From: Eledone cirrhosa
Lineage: Eukaryota
DNA length: 64,000 nucleotides
NCBI GenBank assembly: GCA_964016885.1
Contig: OZ024746.1
Span: 44,082,001-44,146,000, forward strand
Reading direction: 5' to 3'
Every line of letters starts with the position of its first letter. The first letter of the stretch is position 1. The notes below the pieces were generated by a model that did no database searches, was not told the origin of the DNA, and saw only the letters and a list, made by a program, of their open reading frames with translations. This document shows, piece after piece, positions 37,123-50,133 of this stretch. The translations under genes were made by a program, and so were the position numbers.

Positions 37123-40100
37123 TATATTGACAAATCCAGAGTTATAAGACAATCTGAAGATACAACACTGCAATAATACTTCATTAGAATATTGCTGCAA
37201 AGAGAAATACATAAAATGGTTATTAGAGATTGGCTAATTAGAGACCTTCACCTGGCATGGTAACAAACCTTGTCATGGCCTACTTCCAGGATAAGCTCCT
37301 TTATGCTAGTTACTTTTCTACAGACCTCCACCAGGTCTTATTGGTTCATCCCTACCTCTGATTCACTTCCTCTCAAGAGGGGAACTCACTGGTCTCTGTG
37401 GGCAGGCATATCATATGTTCAAATAACTTTCACTGTTTTACAGTGATGGTATTCTGAACATTACTTAGTTCAACCTTTTCCATTAACCTCTTCATGTGTG
37501 ATGAGGTCATGACAGACTAACTGGTTGTATGTTAAACAGGAGAGAAGAATTATTCTAATTATTTTTCATTACAGTATATAAATATTGGTAATCAAAAACA
37601 GCATCTACTGAACACAGACACAATTTACTATTGGGCATACAGCTAATTTTCTTGGACATTCAACAGTAGAGATCATGATTTCAATGCCTGGCTATATCAT
37701 TTCCTCTAACAATTCATATTGAGGATAAAGCTATCTCTTAATATCTGATGATTCATAATACTCACATACACAGTCATACATACACTCACACATACATGTA
37801 CAGATAAGTAGATCAACCATTCCATGTGTTCAAATCTACAGGTATTTCATTACCTATTTTGAAATGCCACTATCCAGCTATGGGGGAAATTTAACAAGTT
37901 GTTTGGGAAAATTAGTTAATCAGTGTATATAGTTTCCTTTTATATCACTTGAAAAGATACCACCAGAGGCCATGAACAAATAATAGATTTAATTTATCAT
38001 ATCTAATTATAAATAAAAACTGTCTGTTGGTAATGTTTATTCAATTTTAAGTTTATTTGGTTTAATTATAAATTTGGGAAGCAATTGTCTTATTTTATAG
38101 CCCATGATAGTACCTGTTTATTTGAAATTGGTGAATGAGTGGTGCTAGAGGCTGCTGTATTAAATGTAGAAAACAGGATAAGTATGAAAAATAACACAAA
38201 AAAGAAATTTGTTAAATTTTGTTTTTAATTTTATACAGCTAGATGCAGAAGCAGCATTCTGATTATTTTAAGTAAATAGTTAAACATTAGGGAACATTTA
38301 AAGACAATATTGTCAAATTCAATGTCTTTTTCTGATAGTTAGTCGATGACAGAATCATTCAGTTCTCAGACAGAGCAAAATTTCCTATTCTGTTTTGAAG
38401 AGACTTCCAAGCACACACACACACACTAGTGCTTGCTTGCTCTCTCTCTCTCAATCAATCTATCTGAAGGTAAGAAAAATTCAAATTATTGAAATCTGTA
38501 ACTGACAGTATTTATTGATTAAACATTTGGGGAATCATTTAACAGTTCCCATTTTCACAGGTGTGATTGAGAATTGAAACTGTACATAATTATCAATTCA
38601 GCTCAGAACCAATGTTTTCCACCCAGGCAAACTAAATATAGTGGCTCTTTAGTTAAGAAAGTTAAGATCTAGCCTGGTAATTATTGACAAAATACATGAA
38701 TGACAGACCTGATGATTTAGGAAAGATGCATGATTAAACATAATTAGACTAATGTGATTTGTGACACCCTACTTATCAGAGGATGTTCAGTGGATAATAA
38801 CTTCCTTCAGTAAATCAGAGAGCTGGTAAAGCAAACTTTTTCTTTTCTTGGAACATTATAGTTTTCCAGTATATTATTTGGCAATTCTGTTAAAAGCTTT
38901 AGCCAAGAATTGTATACACACACAAACACATGTAATAGGCACAGATATAGCTGTGCAATTCGGTAGTTCACTTTACAACCATATTGTTTGGGGTTTCATC
39001 ACACTATGTAGCATTTTGTTTGTGTCTTCTACTTTAGCCTCAGGCTGACTAAGGCTTTATGAGGGAAATTTAATAGAAACTGCTCCGAGTTCAAATCCCA
39101 CCAAAGTCAATTTTCATCTGTTTGGGGTTAATAAAATAAAGTACTAGTGTACGCTAGTGGGGTGGTAGAATTGTAAGGACATCAAAGGAGATTCCTTGTT
39201 ATATCTATTCTATCACTTTGGATTCTGTGTTTAAATTCTGCCTAGAGATGGTCAGGATTAATCAGCTGGTGACAGGGCAACAACTAATTATGCAAGCTGC
39301 CGTAGGTAAAGAATTGTAGCCATTTGCTACTACAGTCAACCAATGATGATGATAATTGTGTGTAAGTGCTAGTCCCTACATAGGTCTTTATGTTAACATT
39401 ACTTAAATAAATAGCTGGTGCCATTTGTTTACATTCAGAATTAACCATACGTTCTACAGTTTAGCAATATTTGACAGGGGAATATCAATGGAAAAAGTAC
39501 AATACTGAAAATTAAGGTCTGGCATAAAAATGCATTTGACCATAAAAATAATGCTTCAAAAAGTCTCATCCTATTCATATAAGCATAGGATGATGGAAAT
39601 GACACTGATTATATCATCAGCATCAGTTAATGTCTACTTTCCTTGCTAGCAAAGGTTAGACAAGTCTATATTGACCAAGTCATTACTGAAGCAGAGCTAC
39701 TGATGTTGCAGACTGGCTGACGTGGTTTGTATCCTGCTTACATACAATCATTACCAAGTGCAGCATTTAAGTTGTCATGTCTTTTGACACAAAGCAAATG
39801 ATCCTCTTAATCTCTTGTTTGGCAAGCTTGCTACAACTGGATGCCCTTCCTATCACCAAAAAATTTACAGCGTGTACTGAGTGCATTTTCATGGTACCAT
39901 CACTAGAGAGAATGTGTATGTGTATGTATGTACATACATATATACATATATATGTACATACATACTTGTGTGTGTCTGTAGCTGGGTGAATACCCCCTAA
40001 AATATAGAACCCAATTTTGGAAGTAGACATGGTACCTTTTCTTATTGTTACATGTGTTTCATACATGTAGCATACTTGTACGATGAACAGCTAACTAGCA

Positions 40101-41807
40101 AACAAAGATGTTTCTGTGTACAAGGAAAATAACAGAATATTTGCACAAATTTTCACAGCAAGGCTTGTAAAATGTAGTTATACATTTTATTAAATTTATC
40201 TTAGATTTTCTAATATACACTGTGTTGTGTTAGATTTCCATTATATATATTCAGTGTGTGGGCGTGTGTGTGTGTGTGGGCATGTGTCTGTGTGTGTGTG
40301 TGTGTGGGGGGGGGGGGGGGTTCACGTGTGTGTATCTGTGTGTGTGTGTGTACACAGGTAAATTCTGCAACTATAATATCTGAAATATCTAAGAGCAGCT
40401 GTCTTAAAACTCAAGATTTTTATTTTAATATATTCACTTCAGTTGTTTTTAACTATAACAAAGAAGAAACAATATTTGATTTAAACAATATTTTATATTG
40501 CTGTTAACATATTCAAGCATGCCTTACGACATTTTTTCGTTATTGTTAATGCCATAACTAACTTGAAGGTGTAACGATTTTTAATATATGAATTTTTAAT
40601 AAACTAGGAAAGTCAAACGATGCCAAAAGGACCATGGAAGCTAATGGCTTGAAACACTGTGTTTACAATGTGAATCACTTTCATTGCCTTAGTGATAAAC
40701 AGGATATTAGTACCACATGTTTCCTGCGACACATCATACTTTTCAATAAATCTGAAAATACTTTTTGAAATTTTTGAATTAGATACCTTGTTTTCAGTTG
40801 CTCAAGTCAACAATTTCTTTGAGATCAAAGATATCAAAGGTAAAAAATTTGTTCAACATGCACTATGTTCTCAATTTTGGATGTACTCATATTTAATTTC
40901 AATCACATAACATAATATTTCTACCAATATGTTGTAGAGGAAGTGGATATTTGACCATTAATTAAGACGTCATAGTCTGTTTCAACATTTTAGCAAGAAA
41001 AGATAGCAAAGAAATTAAAATCACTATCATGATTATCAGGGATTATCTCCAGTGCAAAAGTATTGAAATTTGAAACTTTTATGGTATAACTAAAGAGACA
41101 GAGCTTCTTCTTATAAAATTCAGAGTGAACAATCTTTCTGCACAGGAAAGACATTTGTTTTATGCATGTATAGCAGTTTTACATTTTTAAACCAATCCAT
41201 TCATTATAATTACAAAACCACAGCAAATTGGTATTTTTGTACAGTTTGGATTTTTGAATGGAATCATTTAATAAAATACATTTAAAGCATTTCAATATTT
41301 TTCAAATAACCCTTACTAACAGGGAAGGCAGACGTTAAACAATGGTGACTGCAGTTACTATTACAATGGGTTTTGATCTTTTGAACTATCAAGCTGTATA
41401 TAATCTACATATCTACACAATAACCAATTGGATTCACTTGCCTTTTCTCTAATTATACTTATGCCTCCAACTTTTCAAAAATATGAACTAAACTCTTTTT
41501 GCCAATCATTCTTTTCAAAGGTCTAATGTCTGTCTCGAGCCCAGATCTCATCAGGTTGGTGCTTAATCCAGTGAAGTGACTGAGAATATAAGACTCCCCT
41601 ATACATAAGTCAACAAATTGAATTAGTCATTCTAAACTGTCAGCAAAGTTCATGAATATTGACCATCTTTTCAATATTTAAAAACCCCAATACTGCATGT
41701 AATATGTAGATATATATATGCAAAAATGCAGGTATAAAAGACTTAATGAGATAATTTGAGGATAAAAGTGCAATACAAAACCAACTAAAATTAATAATCG
41801 TCAGTTA

Positions 41808-42287
41808 TCATCATCATCATCATCGTTTAACGTCCATCTTCCATGCTTGCATGGGTTTGGACGGGAGTTTTCCCACTTGAGGCAAGATTGGTTGTCCTGC
41901 TCGCATAGGACTGTCTGGCAGGTTTTCTACGGCTGGATGCCCTTCCTAACACCAACCACGTTTACAGTGTGGACTGGGAGGTTTTTACCGTGTTACCTAC
42001 ACGGCCACATTACAGCGTGGATGTGTGTTTTTTTTGTCGTGACACCTACACGACTTCATTTGTTTCGGACTGGATGTTGTGGTACCAAGATAACTTCACA
42101 TTGAAGGGGGTGGGGGTAGTGGGACAGGGGTGTATTTTTGTTAGAGGTGCCTACTGACTGTAGGTTTCGCTTTGTACTTAGGCAAGGCGGGTCTTCTGTA
42201 TTACTATGTAGCACCAAAGATCTCGGTCCAGTGACACTCCCTTGGAGAGGTGTACAATGTCACTGAACCGAGATCTTTGGCGCTACA
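41808..42287 (-). mobile_element. 5'-truncated RTE copy (ORF end + 3' UTR + (GAT)n tail) with inverted duplication at its 5' end
   Basis: The reverse complement of 42150-42257 aligns with RTE end 2163-2275. Tail catcatcatcgtttaacgtcc. cagtta occurs on both flanks (possible short TSD). Confidence 0.8.
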
Positions 42288-42967
42288 CAGTTAGTTACTA
42301 ATTGAATATTCATAAAAATCTTTTGAACAGTTACTTTCAACAATGAACAGTTCTATCAGAAAATGTAAAATCTACTTCAACCAGATCTTCAACACCTGCA
42401 AATAAATAATTTCCAAATGAAAAGCTATATTTAAAAATCTAGAACATTGTTTACAATTTTGATTTGCTGGTTTTCCGACATGTAATAGGTGAATAAATTT
42501 CATTTTATTATAAATCACATAGCAACAAAGATTTTTATATTCTTGGACTTTTATAATCATAATTTTGCTACGATAGCACTTCATTGAACATATTTTCTCA
42601 AGAAATATAAAATGTAGAAATCAATTACAGTTAAGGTGATTATTATCTGGCGACGACAGAAATCTTTCTTGTTGCCTTAAATTTGTGAATCCAGCATTGC
42701 TGCTACAGTAATATCAAATGCACTGATTACTACCGTACTGGGATATAATAAGACAGAGTTTCCCTGAAATGCCAGCTTTTAATTTCAGAGAGCTATAATT
42801 AAGGAATTATCAATTAATTATACTCAGTGCAATTTAGAAATCTATTCATGAAGAATAATGGCAATCAATGAAACAGCCACAAAGTTAAATTTTGAGGCGA
42901 CTACTTCAATAGTTGATGAATTTTAGAATACAAGGAGAGAAAAGAAAAACACATTATATATATATAT

Positions 42968-42969
<2 letters not shown>

Positions 42970-43042
<73 letters not shown>

Positions 43043-43077
43043 TGTGGTGTGTGTGGTATGTGTGTGTGTGTGTGTGT
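42970..43077. repeat. (GT)n microsatellite
   Basis: Directly visible. It explains the HT-repeat ORFs at 42901-43195. Confidence 0.97.
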
Positions 43078-44149
43078 AAGTAAAGGCAACACAATAGGAC
43101 ATAGGACAAACAGTTAAAATGTGTGGGTTTAAAATAGAGTAAACAAAAATTGAAAAGAGCAAACAAAGAAGCTGTCTTTGACAAAATATATGCATAAAAC
43201 TAGGAATAGTGAAAATATTTACGCTAAGCCAAAAGAGAGAATGAAAAGAATCAGAAATAAGAAAAAGTTTAGGAACAATACCAAGCTGGAAAGCAGATGT
43301 TTAAATGTATACATCCTGTAGAATGGGAGGCATTTGAGCATTAGGACAGGAAATGGACACACACATATGTATAAGAAATCTGTCCTGAATGTTTGCTACA
43401 AAATGAAGTCTATAGTAATAAGCAATACATTAAGAGTTAAGAATCTAAATATAAACAATAAGAATATCTATCTAGAATAGGGGAAAAACAGTCTCTCTTT
43501 GCGGACAACTACATTTCTATTTTTTCTTCTCTTTCTCTGCCAACTTCAGATACTTGAGTGAGAACTATCAGGTGATGGTTAAATGATGAAGATGTTACCT
43601 CTAAACCCCATATAACAAGTGCTGACTCTTAGATTATACCAGTAAACTGTTTATATAGTATTGAGCTAATCTGGCAGAGGAGGAAGAAATGAACTGTTTG
43701 TTGTGATTAGTAATGTAGTGGCTGGGCATGCAATTGACATGTGGTTCCAGTACTGCAGAAGAGTCTGCTCTTTTTTTTTTAATCTTAAATGTTGTTGTCA
43801 TTGATGTCAACATTTTATGTCCACTTTTCCATACAAGCATGGGGTGAACAAGTTGATATGGTTGAAATATCTTATTTACAGTTATTCACCTATATGATAT
43901 ATGGATCAGAAATGATTATACACTACATTTCTGAAATGGTTTTTCTGGGCAAGTGACATTCCTATCGTCAAGCATTCTGCATAGTACACCTAGGTGCATT
44001 TTATTATGCCATCATCAGTAGAGAGGTTGTGTTGTTTTATCTCAAGCACGTCTGTACAGTGCTCTCTAATTTAGACTAGTAATATATATAGGTTTAAGAA
44101 GATAGCTGAAGATAATCCACATAACCTTACCCATTCTAACACTCAACGA

Positions 44150-45230
44150 TATAAGGTTTGTATGTAAGAAATACATACTTATAACTCAGATTGGACACAA
44201 ATTCATTAGAAGTAAGTAAATGGCAGTACATAAGTAATGAAAGTTATATATCAAATAAACCCAGAGTATTGATAGGTTCGGTACCACAGTCTGCTTATAA
44301 CAGTTACACACTGTTTCATTTAAAGTTTTGTCTAACATTGGTAAAACTACTCTGTAGGGTTTAAAACCAGTGTGGGTTTAAAAATATACATAAGTTATGT
44401 ATACTAAGTTTTCAAGGTGATCTCTTATCTCTATGTAGGCCATTTCAATACAATGCTTTATATAAAAGCACATCCGATAGCGAAAAGACTGGTGGTTTTC
44501 TGCAGTTAAATTCAGAGTGTTTGGAGTGGTGAATGATATTTAAAGTTTTCATTATAGCAGAGAATTTGTGTATTTTGAAAGCAGATCTAGCTTTTTGTGC
44601 AGATCTTGTGTGTTATGGAGAAATGTTTGATTATCATACTCATAATACTGAAGTTCAATAGTAGCAGTGGATAGGAACTGCTGAAGATCAGCTTGGCAAA
44701 AATGAATGTTTTGGTTAAGAGGAGAGGATACAACACACTACTGCCATCTGGATTCAACAAAAGATTACTTTAGGTAGATTATTATAGTTTGTCCTAATAT
44801 GGATAGGCAAACTCTTCCCCATAAAATGCAATGATCACATTTTGAACAAAACAACATAACAAGCTGCTTGGATAATACAACGTCCAAAATATCCGACCTT
44901 AAAAAATACCACTGAAATCAAGGGCTTGTAGTCACCTGATATTCAAGAATCACTATCAATTTACACCTTAGTCTTTTAAAAGAAGTCAGACTCTTTGGTT
45001 AATATAAATCCTGAATTGCAAGATGATAACCTGATTTACACCTTTGATCATATATGAGAGATGATTTCATGTTAACCATTAACCTACATACTTTAATGTT
45101 ACTTTTGGCTGCATAGCAATCAACCTCAATAGCTTTCTAACATTCTTATTGTTCAGAAAATATTTATACAATTTCCAGATCACCTTTTACTAGGCATCGG
45201 CAAGGGAAAGTGCTCCATTGTTATTATGTA
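44150..45230 (-). mobile_element. Possible second Naiad-like PLE, very decayed
   Basis: Reverse-strand traces FPCR..PSK.DL.IV.KYFL, AIQDLY, NVIIAFYGEEFA, SIVLK and LQSSF occur in the order expected for PLE RT then GIY-YIG. Confidence 0.35.
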
Positions 45231-45812
45231 AATTTTTATCTCTGGCATCCTAATTTACACTGATATTTTACCTTAGTATTTGGAAGATCTCTGATTTGCA
45301 CAGAATAAAACATTACCAACTTTCTTATTTTTAGCTTCTATTATTATATATATCTGAAGCCAAGCTTCTCATCTAGCTACTTGATATCCTTCCTACTATG
45401 TCTAGTCTTTTCAAGTCTTCCTGTATGTGCAAGCACACACACAGTTATATGATAATTTATATAATAATTATATATAAAAGCAGCTGCAAAAATGCAAGAA
45501 TTATTTTTATATAAAACAAATGACATTTATTCTAATTTATTGATATTTAGAGCTCAAAGCTCTTCGATATGATGAAACAGATTAAGACACAGTAGATATA
45601 TCAAATATATTTTGGTCAGAATTGACAATGTATGACAACAGTAGTATGATAATTTGTATTCATTGAGTGAAGGACTATATGAATGTCTTCATAGGTCACA
45701 TCATTTTGATAAGAAATTATGTCGTTATCAAACTTTATGTCTCTAGAATAATTAATCAACAATCAGATGCTGAAAAGGAATTCTTTGCTATTCTTTCTCT
45801 TGTTCGAATTCG

Positions 45813-46071
45813 TTTCTTCTGGCACTGCATTGTATCCTTGAGCAAGACACTTTATTTTTCATTGAGCAAGTCAACTCAGCTGGCAAAAATGAGTTGTACC
45901 TGTAATTCAATGGGCCAGCTTTGTAACACTGAGTCATGCTGATCCACCCTGAGAATACATTAAGGGCAGGTGTGTCTGTGGAATGCTCAGTCACTTGCAT
46001 GCTAATTTCATGAGCAGGCTGTTCCATTGATTGTATTAACTGGAACACTCATCATAACCAACAGAGTGCCA
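45813..46071 (+). mobile_element. CORE-SINE with a third 3' body type (also 61193-61340)
   Basis: gtatccttgagcaagacactttattt..ctcagctggcaaaaatgag, then gtacctgtaattcaa...tgtggaatgctcagtcacttgcatgctaatttcatgagcaggc. The latter is shared with 61193-61340. Confidence 0.75.
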
Positions 46072-47901
46072 GTTTTTTCTATTACATATATATAAATCAT
46101 TATTTTATATCTCTTTTCAAGCTTGCATTTGTTGGAGAAACTGCACTCGCTTGTATGTTTCCTTTTTGGTGTGGCTTCTACAACTGAATATATTTTCTAA
46201 CCAACCACTTTACAGAATGTACTGAGTGCAATTTATCATGGCACCAGCATTAGTGAGGTTGCTTTGGAACTCAAAAAAGTTAAAATACATTATTTTACAT
46301 TATCGCCATTCAATCAAGACAAGGTTATCCAGAGGATGGAAAGAAAAGCAATGACAGAAAGTTCAATGTGAGAGGGCAAGGGTATGATGGGAAACAGTAA
46401 ATTGGTGTAAGAGGTTGGCAGAGGAGAAAGGGAGAGAAATTATAGGAGCGGGTAATAGAAGAGTGTCAGTAATGAGAGAAGGAAGGAGGCAGTATAGTGG
46501 AGAAAAAGAGTAAGTGATAGGGAGTGGCAAAGAGTGATATATATCATCATCATCAACGTTTAATGTCCATTTTTCTATGCATATATATATATATATATAT
46601 ATATATAGATCTAATTCAAAAGAACTTGATTCTTACCTACTGTGGTTACCTCCGTTTGAATTCAGGACTAACACACATGCACATCTCTCTATATATAAAA
46701 TTCTTTCTCTCTCTGTCTGTCTTTTCATTCTCAAATGGCTCGACCAAATCAAATCAGACCCCGGGATTAACAACATGTAATTTCTATTTTCCTTTGGATT
46801 AAAACAATATAACATTTTATCTAAAATAATCTTTCTATAGTCAACTATGAGTGGTATTGTGGAGTGCATAAGATAAAATGCACCCTGGTGAGAGGAAGAG
46901 TATCCAGCTGTAGAAGCCATATCAAAACTGAAATACATGTAAACGAGATATAGGTTCTCCAGCCTATCAGGTAAGGCAGTAGCTCAACTTTAGTAGTGAT
47001 ATGGTCTGTGACAACCCATCCAACACATGTCAGCATTAAACAGACATTAAATGGTAATGAAGATATTGATATATAGATATACCACTGATGTTTTGATACT
47101 CTTAGTTCCAGATACATGCCAGTTTATCTGTTTTGTCAGAGTAGATAATAATTCACTAGAAACATCAATGGAGCTAGAAACAAACTCCCTAGCCCATAAC
47201 TACAATAATATAAAGTGAAATTCTTTAAAACTAAATCCACATGCTAACCTCTTAACATATGTGAACAAGATGAATGAGTCTCAAAAAATTCAAACATACA
47301 CTCATAATTTTCTTTGGATTAAAAGAGATGTGGTGGAAAATTGGTAGTGTACCTGTGTATGTGCCTACATATATATTGGTGCATGGTAATATATGTATAT
47401 CTGTTTTGAATACTCTAAATCAAAGGTTCTCAACGGGGGACATTTGCACCCCTGGGGGAGCGTTTCGGAACTCCATGGGGGCGTTTGGGAGCAAGGTCGC
47501 GTTAGGGGGGCGTTTGGAGCTTTGGGGTCGCTGGAAGGCCGTTTACTTTGGTAAGTTTTATAAGCCATATTTGTATGTCTTTGAGACAGCCAGTGTGAAT
47601 GCATTTGAATGAGCATGCAGACAGCATAACTATAGTCTGACCGCAGCTGTGAGCAGGTGTGCAGGCATGTCTAGACATTAACTGGCAATTGGGATCCTAA
47701 AAATGGAAAAACCCACAGTCAACTGGGTCAAGGACACTTTGAGCGCAGCCAGTTAGAATCTTATCTTTCCTTCACCGATAACAATGTATTTCATGTGTGA
47801 ACTTATTGACTCAACCGTAACGAGTTGACACTATGTAGATTTATTTTATTCCCTATTGTATAAATAATATTACAAATAAAAAAAGAAAAGAAAAAACACA
47901 G

Positions 47902-48141
47902 AAGCGGGTAACACACACATCTAGGACCACATGCAACACATAATCAGGTAATACGAACATCTAGGACCACATACAACACACAGGCAGGTAATACATACAT
48001 CTAGGACCACATACAACACACAAGCAGGTAATACAAACATCTAGGACCACATACAACACACAAGCAGGTAATACATACAGCTGGGACCACATGCAATACA
48101 TAAGCAGGTAATACATACATCTAAGACTACATACAACACAC
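47902..48141. repeat. Minisatellite, 6 x 40 bp, inside the hAT
   Basis: Unit aagcaggtaatacatacatctaggaccacatacaacacac, head-to-tail with no spacers. Confidence 0.95.
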
Positions 48142-49167
48142 ATTGTATCATGTGCTACGGATGATGCAAGAGCAATGGTCGGCCAACATAAGGGTTTCGT
48201 CACTCTTCTGAAGAGAGAAAATCTATCTGTATTTGCTGTTCATTGTGTCATTCATCGACAACACTTGGCTGCGAAGAAACTCAGCAAGCCACTGAGCAAG
48301 TCCTTGCAAGTGGCCATTGATGTCATCAATTTTATCAAATGGATTTCCCTCAATGAACGAATTTTCCGGCAACTGTGTCAAGATAATGATGAAGAATTCA
48401 TCAAGTTGCTCCTTCATACTGAAGTGAGGTGGCTTTCATAGGGCAAGTGCCTTACTCACTTCTTTGAACTCTTCGACTCTCTCATTGAGTTTCTGCGAGG
48501 CCGCTACACAGAACTGTACTAGAAAACCCCTACCTCACCGACATCTTTGACAAATGCAATAGCGTCATTTTGGCTTTGCAGGGGAAGAAGATCACCTTGC
48601 TTAAAGCAAGGAATGCTGTGAAAACATTCCTGGCCAAATTGAAAGTCATTGAAAGGAATCTTTGTTGACGGGAATTCTATAATTTTCCTAATGTCGCCAA
48701 TGTTCAAAACATTGTAAGCAATGACCAACTCCAAATTTATACCACTCACCTCCGTGCACTACAAGACAACATGAGAGAATGGTTTGTCAACCTTTTGCTG
48801 ATGGACATTCCAATGTGGATAGCAGATCACTTCATAGCTAACGTCGACAATTTGGATGTTAAATTTCAGGAAGAATTCATTGAACTTCAATCAGATGATA
48901 TGATCAAAATTAGATTTCCCAAAATAGGTGAACCCCTTTTTGGGATGCAAGAGGAAACTCAGCGTCGATTTCTACATGCAGAGGCTAAGAGATTTGCTCT
49001 GCCTTTTCCAAGCTCATACTTAGTCGAGAGGAGGTTTGATGCTGTTTCCAGACTGCACAGTAAGTCTCGCAACCGCTACACGTGGAGATCTCTGGCTACA
49101 TCTTAGGAAAATTCAGCCTCATGTCAAAGAGTTAGTTAGACTCCATGAAGCTCAAGGGTCCCATTGA
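48142..49167 (+). pseudogene. Decayed Buster-type hAT transposase (catalytic core to C-terminus)
   Basis: Translates to CATDDARAMVG, HCVIHRQHLAAK (CxxH), LLLHTEVRWLS*GKCL, LPFPSSYLVERRF and HEAQGSH*, with in-frame stops and frameshifts. Confidence 0.92.
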
Positions 49168-49864
49168 AATGAGGTCAAAGTTAAAGTAAGTTGATTTATC
49201 CGAAAACTTGGATATGCTATTGTTACAAAGCAAACTAACAATTTTTTTATTTGTAGTTGCAGTCTGACTGGACTGGAAACCATCTACTACAATTCACTTA
49301 CTCATTTGTTGTATATATTTTACCATTTACTAATAAATATACCCTCCCGCGTGGTCGTGAAAACCCTCTTCCGTGGTCTCTAAGCTCACAAAGCAGAGGG
49401 GACATCAAGTTAGATATCAACATTTATTCTGTCCGTTTCATTAAAGGGAAAATTGGAAAGCTTTGAAATGATATAATTGCCACTTTCTTCCAGATAAGAG
49501 CACTCTTGGGATAGACAGAATTGCTCTTGTATAAATGTTCAAAATAGCTGGTAATGCCTGGTGGGAATATAACAAATTCAACTGATCCTTATTCATAAAA
49601 AAGAACATTTATGTTCCTTTTTTTGAAATTTATATATTTCCTTTCAAGGAATGTATTTATACTCTCAGCTGCCTGCAATGGTATCTTTGGAATATTGTTA
49701 ATTTTTCAGTAATCTACTGATATCAAAATCAGTAGTATATTGAAAAATGGAAAAATAGGGTAGGGGGCGTTTCGTGATTTCAAGGGACAAAAGGGGGCGT
49801 TTGGCCTAAATGGGTTGAGAACCTGTGCTCTAAATTCTTCAAATCTCTTCCATTCTATATATAT

Positions 49865-50133
49865 ATCCTTATAAAAAGGAAGTTAGTTTGTTTGTTGACT
49901 GCTAATAACACTAAATAAAGTTGATAATAATTAAGGTTCTTCATGTGTTTTCAACTAATCTGATCTCTATCGAGCTCACTGTCAACTTATTTGACAGTGA
50001 GTTCGATAGAATGGGGAGGAGGGCAAGTTGGGAGAGAATTTACTGTTATTTCTAAGAAAAAGTTCAAATAAAGAATTCATTCAAACAAGAGCATGGAACA
50101 ATTTCACATAAACAAAGTCAGCTACCTGTACTA
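49865..50133 (+). mobile_element. Possible old non-autonomous Helitron/Helentron-like element with internal palindrome
   Basis: Starts a|tccttataaaa..gttagtttgtttgt and ends near ...tgtactaa|t (cf. CTRR). A 20-bp-arm hairpin lies at 49966-50010. The 3' hairpin is not convincingly preserved. Confidence 0.35.

Larger units (their letters stand above)
47421..49827 (+). mobile_element. Buster/Charlie-type hAT transposon, both ends intact (2407 bp)
   Basis: Perfect 8-bp TSD ctctaaat (47413-47420, 49828-49835) with central TA. TIRs caaaggttctcaac / gttgagaacctgtg. Subterminal ggggcgttt repeats at both ends. Confidence 0.95.

Noticed and set aside
43337-43393. Short inverted repeat agcattaggacag/ctgtcctgaatgtt
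   Set aside because: The arms are only ~13 bp and imperfect, with no TSD. Could be chance.
47902-48141. CRISPR-like regular 40-bp periodicity
   Set aside because: The units are head-to-tail with no unique spacers, there are no cas genes, and the context is eukaryotic. It is a minisatellite.
48175-49106. Domesticated ZBED/SCAND3-like host gene
   Set aside because: It has in-frame stops, frameshifts and a missing N-terminus, and is enclosed by TIRs and a TSD.
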